Source of the DNA: Eledone cirrhosa
Lineage: Eukaryota
Length of the DNA stretch: 64,000 bases
Direction of reading: 5' to 3'
NCBI GenBank assembly: GCA_964016885.1
Contig: OZ024755.1
Span: 3,596,001 to 3,660,000, forward strand
In this document: in pieces, positions 49,199 to 61,200 of the stretch
Numbering within the stretch: position 1 is the first letter of the stretch
How the letters are laid out: every line of letters starts with the position of its first letter
The notes under the pieces: generated by a model
What the model saw: the letters and a program-made list of their open reading frames with translations, nothing else
Told to the model about the DNA's origin: nothing
The model's database searches: none
Translations under genes and position numbers: made by a program

Positions 49199-49273
49199 TA
49201 TATATATAAATATATTATATATATATATATATAATATATATAATATATATATATATATAATATATATATATTA

Positions 49274-49320
<47 letters not shown>

Positions 49321-49327
49321 TATATAT

Positions 49328-49369
<42 letters not shown>

Positions 49370-49390
49370 TATATAATATATATATATATA

Positions 49391-49434
<44 letters not shown>

Positions 49435-49478
49435 TATATATATATATATATATAATATATTATATATATATATATATA

Positions 49479-49558
<80 letters not shown>

Positions 49559-49996
49559 TATATATATATATATATTATATATATATATATATATAATATA
49601 TATATATATATAATATATTATATATATATATATAATATTATATATATATATATATATATATAATATATTATATATATATATATATATAATATATTATATA
49701 TATATATATATATAATATATTATATATATATATATATAATATATTATATATATATATATATATATAATATATTATATATATATATATATATATAATATAT
49801 ATATATATATAATATATTATATATATAATATATTATATATATAATATATTATATATATATATATATAATATATTATATATATATAATATATTATATATAT
49901 ATAATATATTATATATATATAATATATATAATATATATATAATATATTATCATATATATATATATATATAATATATTATATATATATATATATATA

Positions 49997-50034
<38 letters not shown>

Positions 50035-50035
50035 T

Positions 50036-50069
<34 letters not shown>

Positions 50070-50074
50070 ATATA

Positions 50075-50116
<42 letters not shown>

Positions 50117-50553
50117 TATATATATATATATATATAATATATTATATATATATAATATATATATATATATATAATATATTATATATATATATATATATAT
50201 AATATATTATATATATATAATATATATATATATATATAATATATTATATATATATATATATATATAATATATTATATATATATAATATATATATATATAT
50301 ATAATATATTATATATATATATATATAATATATTATATATATATATATATATAATATATTATATATATATATATATATAATATATTATATATATATATAA
50401 TATATTATATATATATATATATATAATATATTATATATATATATATATATAATATATTTATATATATATAATATATTATATATATATATATATATTATAT
50501 ATATATAATATATTATATATATATAATATATTATATATATATATATATATATA

Positions 50554-50625
<72 letters not shown>

Positions 50626-51165
50626 TATATATATATATATAGATTATATATATATATATAATATATTATATATATATAATATATTATATATATATAATAT
50701 ATTATATATATATATATATAATATATATATATATATAATATATTATATATATATATATATAATATATTATATATATATAATATATTATATATATATAATA
50801 TATTATATATATATATAATATATTATATATATATATATATATAATATATTATATATATATAATATATTATATATATATAATATATTATATATATATATAT
50901 ATATAATATATTATATATATATATATATATAATATATTATATATATATAATATATTATATATATATAATATATAATATATATATAATATATTATATATAT
51001 ATATAATATATTATATATATATAATATATTATATATATATATAATATATTATATATATATAATATATTATATATATATAATATATTATATATATAATATA
51101 TATATAATATATTATATATTATATATATAATATATATATAATATATTATATATATATAATATATT

Positions 51166-51207
<42 letters not shown>

Positions 51208-51279
51208 TATATATATATATATATATATAATATATTATATATATATAATATATATATATATATAATATATTATATATAT

Positions 51280-51321
<42 letters not shown>

Positions 51322-51875
51322 TATATATATATATATAATATATTATATATATATATATATATAATATATTATATATATATATATATATATAATATATTAT
51401 ATATATATAATATATATATATATATAATATATTATATATATATATATATATAATATATTATATATATATATATATATAATATATTATATATATATATATA
51501 ATATATTATATATATATATATATATAATATATTATATATATATATATATATAATATATTATATATATATATATAATATATTATATATATATATTATATAT
51601 ATATATATATAATATATTATATATATATATATAATATATTATATATATATAATATATTATATATATATATATAATATATTATATATATATATATATAATA
51701 TATTATATATATATATATATATATAATATATTATATATATATATATATAATATATTATATATATATATATATAATATATTATATATATATAATATATTAT
51801 ATATATATAATATATTATATATATATAATATATTATATATATATAATATATTATATATATATATATATATATATA

Positions 51876-51917
<42 letters not shown>

Positions 51918-52568
51918 AATATATTATATATATATAATATATTATATATATATATATAATATATTATATATATATATATAATATATTATATATATATAAT
52001 ATATTATATATATATAATATATTATATATATATAATATATTATATATATATATATATATAATATATTATATATATATAATATATTATATATATAATATAT
52101 ATATAATATATTATATATATATAATATATTATATATATATAATATATTATATATATATATATAATATATTATATATATATATATAATATATTATATATAT
52201 ATAATATATTATATATATATATATATAATATATTATATATATATATAATATATTATATATATATATATAATATATTATATATATATATATAATATATTAT
52301 ATATATATATATAATATATTATATATATATATATAATATATTATATATATATATATAATATATTATATATATAATATATTATATATATATATATATATAA
52401 TATATTATATATATATAATATATTATATATATATATATATATATATAATATATTATATATATATAATATATTATATATATATAATATATTATATATATAT
52501 AATATATTATATATATATAATATATTATATATATATTATATATATATATATATATATAATATATTATA

Positions 52569-52599
<31 letters not shown>

Positions 52600-52697
52600 A
52601 TATATTATATATATATAATATATTATATATATATATATATATAATATATTATATATATATAATATATTATATATATATAATATATTATATATATATT

Positions 52698-52950
52698 TGT
52701 GATGCATATGAAGGATGACAGCTGCATAAAAAGGTGCAGAACACTAGAAGTCGATGGAAACCGCGGAGTGGGGAGACCCAAGATGACCTGGGATGAGGTG
52801 ATAAAAGCCGACCTTACCCAATTACACCTCTCAAAGGCGATGACACACGACCTTGACCTCTGGCGTCACGCAGTAATACAGAGTACCCGACCTCCCATAG
52901 GTACAAGCTGAAGCATATAGACAATATGCCCCCACACCCCCCACTGAAGT
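52698..52950 (+). mobile_element. RTE-type LINE 3' end fragment
   Basis: G.RG.GRPK.TW.EVIK.DL...WR C-terminal motif; second copy at ~56880-57030. Confidence 0.8.
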
Positions 52951-53012
52951 AGATTCCCTCTTTTAAAAACATTGATCTTGTGTAAAGAAATGGAAATATA
53001 TTATGTTCTTAC

Positions 53013-53201
53013 CTTTAAGAATATAAGTAAGGTTTGTTGTTGAGCGTGACCTAGAATATCTGTTTGGAGGTAGTGTAGGATTGCAATAGATAAATAGATT
53101 TGGTAATCAGCTCCTAGACAGCAGCAGGTACAAATGTAGTGGACAATATCTGACCAATCTAAATAGTTCCAGAAACACTGTTGAAGCCATTGTTGACACA
53201 C
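53013..53201 (-). CDS. TBC1D32: TBC1D32 exon [63 protein letters not shown]
   Basis: gacag| ... AAG|gtaag; 63 codons; QCFWNYLDW motif. Confidence 0.94.
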
Positions 53202-56200
53202 CTGTCATTGGAATAAGGTCAGAAGTGATAATATGGTAAAGGTACTGAGCTGTTGGCAGTAAAGGTGACACACCTGTCATTGGAATAAGGTCAGAAGTAA
53301 TAATATGGTAAAGGTACTGAGCTGTTGGCAGTAAAGGTGACACACCTGTCATTGGAATGAGGTCAGAAGTGATAATATGGTAAAGGTACTGAGCTGTTGG
53401 CAGTAAAGGTGACACACCTGTCATTGGAATGAGGTCAGAAGTGATAATATGGTAAAGGTACTGAGCTGTTGGCAGTAAAGGTGACACACCTGTCATTGGA
53501 ATGAGGTCAGAAGTAATAATATGGTAAAGGTACTGAGCTGTTGGCAGTAAAGGTGACACACCTGTCATTGGAATGAGGTCAGAAGTGATAATATGGTAAA
53601 GGTACTGAGCTGTTGGCAGTAAAGGTGACACACCTGTCATTGGAATGAGGTCAGAAGTAATAATATGGTAAAGGTACTGAGCTGTTGGCAGTAAAGGTGA
53701 CACACCTGTCATTGGAATAAGGTCAGAAGTGATAATATGGTAAAGGTACTGAGCTGTTGGCAGTAAAGGTGACACACCTGTCATTGGAATAAGGTCAGAA
53801 GTGATAATATGGTAAAGGTACTGAGCTGTTGGCAGTAAAGGTGACACACCTGTCATTGGAATGAGGTCAGAAGTGATAATATGGTAAAGGTACTGAGCTG
53901 TTGGCAGTAAAGGTGACACACCTGTCATTGGAATGAGGTCAGAAGTGATAATATGGTAAAGGTACTGAGCTGTTGGCAGTAAAGGTGACACACCTGTCAT
54001 TGGAATAAGGTCAGAAGTGATAATATGGTAAAGGTACTGAGCTGTTGGCAGTAAAGGTGACACACCTGTCATTGGAATGAGGTCAGAAGTGATAATATGG
54101 TAAAGGTACTGAGCTGTTGGCAGTAAAGGTGACACACCTGTCATTGGAATGAGGTCAGAAGTGATAATATGGTAAAGGTACTGAGCTGTTGGCAGTAAAG
54201 GTGACACACCTGTCATTGGAATAAGGTCAGAAGTGATAATATAGTAAAGGTACTGAGGTGCTGGCAGTAAAGGTGACACACCTGTCATTGGAATAAGGTC
54301 AGAAGTGATAATATGGTAAAGGTACTGAGCTGTTGGCAGTAAAGGTGACACACCTGTCATTGGAATAAGGTCAGAAGTGATAATATAGTAAAGGTACTGA
54401 GGTGCTGGCAGTAAAGGTGACACACCTGTCATTGGAATAAGGTCAGAAGTGATAATATGGTAAAGGTACTGAGCTGTTGGCAGTAAAGGTGACACACCTG
54501 TCATTGGAATGAGGTCAGAAGTGATAATATGGAAAAGGTACTGAGCTGTTGGCAGTAAAGGTGACACACCTGTCATTGGAATGAGGTCAGAAGTGATAAT
54601 ATGGTAAAGGTACTGAGCTGTTGGCAGTAAAGGTGACACACCTGTCATTGGAATGAGGTCAGAAGTGATAATATGGTAAAGGTACTGAGCTGTTGGCAGT
54701 AAAGGTGACACACCTGTCATTGGAATGAGGTCAGAAGTGATAATATGGTAAAGGTACTGAGGTGCTGGCAGTAAAGGTGACACACCTGTCATTGGAATGA
54801 GGTCAGAAGTGATAATATAGTAAAAGTACTGAGGTGCTGGCAGTAAAGGTGACACACCTGTCATTGGAATGAGGTCAGAAGTGATAATATGGTAAAGGTA
54901 CTGAGGTGCTGGCAGTAAAGGTGACACACCTGTCATTGGAATGAGGTCAGAAGTGATAATATGGTAAAGGTACTGAGCTGTTGGCAGTAAAGGTGACACA
55001 CCTGTCATTGGAATGAGGTCAGAAGTGATAATATAGTAAAGGTACTGAGGTGCAGATAGTGTCATTCACTTGTGTAGGAAGTGCAATATTGCATAATAGC
55101 AAAAGAGGAGTATTAAATGAAGAGGATGTGTAAGGTTAGCATTCATGAACAATGAAACGCAAACGAGCTGAGGGGAAGCAACTGCAGTGTGTAAGAGAGA
55201 TGAGAAGACTGCTCTGGTACAGACATGTGATGTGCATGTAAGATGACAGCTGGGTACAGAAATGTCAAAGAGACTATAATAAATGGTAAGAGCTGGAAAA
55301 GACCCATTCAACATATGCAAGCAAAGAAAATAGACATAACATGGTGATGATGATGATTTAATGTTTCAAGAATGATTAAATAAAATTACAATAAAAAAGC
55401 AATGAAAACACACCTGGATAGATGAAAATCCCGACATTGTAAAGGCAGCTGCTACTAATGGCAACTCAATTTGTAATAAAAAGTCAACATAATGAGCTGT
55501 CGTTGAATAAAGTACAGATATTCCACTTGCTATTTGGTCAACCTATGAACGATAGAAATAGAACTGAGTAAAGTTTTAGAATTGAATAAATAATATATGT
55601 GTGTTAAACTTATGTATAATAGAAATAGGGTTGATTTAACACTTTAGCATTTAAACTGGCCACATCTGGCCATATTCAGCTAGAATTCTCTCACCTCATT
55701 CTGTTCAAACTGACTAACTGGCCACTTATACTAACATTAAGGTATTGTTCTCAAAATAAATAACAACATCAAAATCTTGTAGATTCGAAATTATGTGAGA
55801 TAAACTCTTTACCACAAAAATACTATAGTAAAGTAATGTAAATGCTAAAGGGTTAAGTTTTAGATTTGAGTAAATATATGTGTGTATGTATTCAACCTAT
55901 GTATAATAGAAATAGGGTTATTTAAGGTTTAGACTTAAGTAATTATGAGGGTCGACTGGCAAAGCTAACATTGGTGGGATTTGAACTCAGAACATAAAGG
56001 GTCATAACTATATGCCATCTCTCACAGATGATATAACTGATAAACGCTTTAGAAGTTATTGAAATCTTTATAGTCAACACCTTGTTTAATTGCCAGTCTA
56101 TTTCCATTTCATTTATATTGTTTAATTTCTTTGAAAAATAAATCATGTCTGTTAAAGCTCTTAATTTTTATGTCTACCTAGAGAAGACCAGAAACAACTG

Positions 56201-58166
56201 CAGCATAACTAGTGTCATAAACTATAATGATGTTATGGCAGGCAATGTCAATAAAATGGTCATGCTACTTTTATATAAGAGAGACAAACATGAAAGATCT
56301 ATTTTTGTCAGCAATATTTTGCCATAAAATCTTTTATTTTATGTTTTGGGCAGTTAAAAATAATATTTCTTTAAATTTACACAGTTTTTATATTAAAAAA
56401 CATAAAAACAAGTGGGGTGGGCTTAATGAAGGCATGTGGCATAGTGGTTAGAGAATTGGATTTGTAATCATGATGAGAAAAGCAACACTTACCACCATTA
56501 GAGAGTACATTGACCAGAGAAAACAACACTTACCACCATTAGAGAGTACATTGACCAGAGAAAAGCAACACTTACCACCATTAGAGAGTACATTGACCAG
56601 AGAAAAGCAACACTTACCACCATTAGAGAGTACACTGGCCAGATAAATCTTGATATTGATAAAGGAGATATATTTGTCAACAGTTTCATAGTTCGTTCTT
56701 TATCTCCTTGGAATATCAGGAAGATGGAAGCAACAAACCAGTCAAACATTTTGTATTTACTTTGAAGATATTCTGATAACATTTAAGGAATATTTCTTTG
56801 AAGAAGAGTACAAATGACAAAACTTTCAAAACTCATGAATTGAATTCTGTATTTGTATATATATATTTGTATATATATAAAAGCTGACCATACCCAATTG
56901 CACCTCTCAAGGGCGATGACACACGATCGTGATCTCTGGTGTCACGCAATAATACAGAAGACCCGACTTCCCACGGGTACAAGCCGAAGCTGAAGCATAT
57001 AGAAAATATGCCCCCACCCCCTCCCACTGCAAAAAAGCACCCAGCCCACTCTGTAAAGAGGTCGTGGAGACGCCACGGAAAAAAAAGCACCCAGCACACA
57101 CTGTAAATGAGGTTGGTGTTAGGAAAGGCATCCAGCTGTAGAAATCAAGCCAGAATCAGTTCCCGTATGAGCAAGACAAGGTCAGCCGACTGGACACTGC
57201 CCACAACAGGACAACCCATCTAACCCATGCTAGCGTGGAAGAACGGACGTAAAACGGTGATGATGATGATGGTGATGATATGTACACCTAGTTTGAACTC
57301 ATCATTTAGTACAAGTATAATTCTTTTGAAATGTTTCTTTAAAATAGGTAAACACTAGTTTTAGTAGAATAGCTTCAAGTGATTATGATTTCAATTACAG
57401 TTGCAGTTGACATAATCTTTAGCTACTTATGACAATGTGATCAAACATCATAAAGTCACGACTTTATAGAAAATGGATGACAAGAAAAAAAAAAGAATTG
57501 TTATTCATATATTTACTTACGTGTTGCTCCTATAAACCAAATATTTATTTACTGGTTTATTTTTCAATTTAAATGTTTACTTGTCTATAGTCTTTCATAC
57601 TATTGTATTATTACAACCGATATTTAACAAGACACAAATCACAGTAATCTTTCTTGATTTATACCATTACTTATTTTTCAAAGATGAACTAGACAAGTTA
57701 ATAATATCTATACAATTTTAGCCAACAATGTTTGCATAGACAGATGTTAACACCTTGTCTGCTTGCATTTACATCTGTTTATACATATTAATGGCTAAAA
57801 TTCTTTAGTTATGTTCTGTAACACAGCGAAGCATTGGAACTGTTAATGCATCAGTAATTTAATAACTAAAATGTAATGGAGGTTGACAAGCATAGTTTAT
57901 CCTTTCCTAAACCTCATAACAGTAAATGTAGTGTGGCTGAATGGTAAAGAAGCTTGCTTTGCAATCATTAGGATCTATGTTTGATCCCTCTGTAAAGTAT
58001 CTTGGGCAGGTGTCATTTACCATACATAGCCTTGGGTCGTACCAAACTAGCTTATATATATCATCATCACTGTTTTATGTTGGTGTCTCCACACTAGCAT
58101 GGGTTAGACAGGTTGTCCTGTTGTGGGCAATGCCAGGTCAGGTGACCATGTCTTGCTCATACAGGA

Positions 58167-58211
<45 letters not shown>

Positions 58212-61200
58212 TATATGAACAGATTAAAGTTTAAGCAAAGAATCGCTGCTTTTACCCTTTAACGGGATCTTCTGAAATTATATATATATATATATAATCC
58301 TTATTGAGCTCTCTTCGGATTTTAGTCTTCACATTTATTATTATTATTATATATGGCAGGCTTCCACACCACTTCTGACTACCAAAGTTCACTCAAAGAA
58401 TATTAGACAACCTAGAACTATGTTAGAACACATTTGCCCATGTTACAGTGCAGTAGGATTAAACTAAGAATTATTATCATCTTGCAAGCAGGGAAAAAGC
58501 GGACGTAAAATGAAATGATGATGATGATGATCATTGTCATCATTGTCTTAATGACAAAGCCATGTCTGGTTGTTCTGTACTTTACACACAACAAAAAGGA
58601 TACTAAGTTGGCACCGTTGCTGCTGTTTTTCTTGTAGCAATCCTGACACTTGCTTTAAAAGCCATTCAAGATTTCCAGCATTATTAACATTATCTGATAA
58701 TAAACCCAGACTTTCTCCATATCTGAAACAAAAGAGTCAAAATAAAGATAAATGAATGAGCTAAAGATAGAATAAAAATATATCATTATCTTCTTCTTCG
58801 CCTACTTATTCCTGAAAGGGTCGTGTGGAATAAGTTATTAAATTGCTGCTATTCCTTGGCCGTTAGAAATAACTGAGATAATATTATGAGGTAGAAATGG
58901 GCTCCATAAACCATGGAGAGAGCAACTTGTCTAGGAGAGCAGTTACTCTAAATAAAAACTGATTCAGAGTAGAGAAAACCTATCAGTCCGATAGATCAAC
59001 CTCTCTAGTGCTGGTGGCATGAATAATGCCAGTCCATGTTGTAAAGTTGTTGGTAATAAGAAGGGCATTCAGCTAGTAAAACCTCGCCAAAACTATAGAA
59101 AGTACAAAAATATATAGGTAAATATTTGGAGAATATAAAGACTGTTATATTACCGAACTGCTAATGGGAGAATATAGAGACTGCTAATGCTATCCCATTA
59201 ATAAAGACTGTTATATTACCGAACTGCTAATGGGAGAATATAGAGACTGCTAATGCTATCCCATTAATAAAGACTGTTATATTACCGAACTGCTAATGGG
59301 AGAATATAGAGACTGCTAATGCTATCCCATTAATAAAGACTGTTATATTACTGAACTGCTAATGGGAGAATATAGAGACTGCTAATGCTATCCCATTAAT
59401 AAAGACTGTTATATTACCGAACTGCTAATGGGAGAATATAGAGACTGCTAATGCTATCGCATTAATAAAGATTGTTATATTACCGAACTGCTAATGTTAT
59501 CCCATCAAGTTGCTGTTGAGATAGGTCAGGATGAACATCTGCAAGGAAGGAAACAAAAACATTATTAGATAATAAATTAAAAAAACACAGCTATAAAAAG
59601 CTAAAATCTGATCTTGTGCCTAAAGTAGAAACAATTATTTAAGCCTTTAGTTAGCAACCCTAGCAAACCAGCTCTAGTTCTATGAAATAAAACCATCCAT
59701 TTTAAAGGTTTCCTATTTAAGCTGAATTTCACCATCTTTGTTAGATTTTTCAATTAAAACTTAAAATTGTAAATAAACTTGACAAACCTGATATTGTCTG
59801 AGAAACATTGGTTGGAGTAGATTCCAGTTGAAGTGATACAGTTTGTTCTAGAAGTTGTTGGACAACTGAAGAAGAATCAACAATATATAAGGTAAGACTT
59901 AGATAATATCACTTGTTAGAGACTGTATACACATGTACACACATATAAACATGTATACATACACACACATACACATGTGGTCACATACATACACAAGTAT
60001 ACACACATATACACACACACATGCATAGTCCCGTAACTTCTGAGGTAGTTGTAGGGGCGCTGTGTTGACATACATCATTTCTAAGGTATTTTAAAACCTG
60101 GCAGAGTCCAATCCTCTCCAGGTCTGAATACAATAGAATTCCTCCAAAGAAGGAAAGAGTAAGTGAGAGAATGGAAGTGAGGAAGAATCGACCCCAGTAT
60201 TAGACTGGTACTTTTAGGATAGAGAGAGAGTGAGAGAATGGAAGTGAGGAAGAATTGATCCCAGTACTTGACTGGTGCATTTTTTATTCTTGTCAGAAAC
60301 AACCATCTCCAACTGATCCAGCTGGATCCCTAAAGACCAGCCAAGCTCATGGATGTTATCCAACCATCTTACTGTGTGGTGGGGGTAGGGTAGGTAAAGA
60401 GTTTGTTTTGTAAATATGTAGATCTGAGTTTAATCCAGCTGGATTTGAGTGAATTGGAGCAATGTGAAATAAAGTGTCTTGCTCAAGGACACAACATATC
60501 ACCCAGTTCAAAAATTGAACTCACAACCTCACGATTGCAAGCCCAATGCTTTAGCCACTAAGCCATGATGAGTATATTGTGAAATAAAACTGACCACTTC
60601 CTTGTATGTGTTGTGGTGTAGTAGAGAGTACATTATGAAATACTTTCTGTATTTCTATCAACCATTCCATGGAAAGGGATGTGTTCTGACTGGTCAGTAA
60701 TTTTAGTAAGTCAGGATCTGCAATAAAAATAGCAAGGTTTTATTTTATTGATTAATGTAATCAACCAGGTGCAATAAATAAATCATGTGTGACAATTTAT
60801 AGAGAAAGGCAAACCCACCCATCCAGCTGTAAAACTAATTAGCTAGGCAATCAGTGAGATGTGTAACCTCTAATGAGCAAGCTAGTCAATGCTGGCTCAG
60901 GTAACATACAGCTAACAGTTGACACTACAAATATCCTATGTCCCGCTAACTAATTCTACAGATTTCATTTCAAAAGTTATTTCATGAAATGTAATTATTT
61001 TTATTAAAGTAAACAATGACCTGATGGTTAGAAGGCTTGGGGTATGATCGTAATGTTGTCGGTTCAATTCCTGGACGGGGTGATGGTTTGTGTTCTTGAG
61101 CCAAACATTATATTTTACATTGCTTCAGTACACTCAGCTGAGAAGTAAGTACCAGCAAGAACTGGGGAGTTATACCTGTGATAGACTAGCATCCTGTCCA

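Noticed and set aside
53194-55052. CRISPR-like array
   Set aside because: No unique spacers, no cas genes, eukaryotic intron
53107-55065. 652-aa repeat ORF on the minus strand
   Set aside because: It is the stop-free frame of the 72-bp intronic array, out of phase with the TBC1D32 exons, with no independent sign of coding
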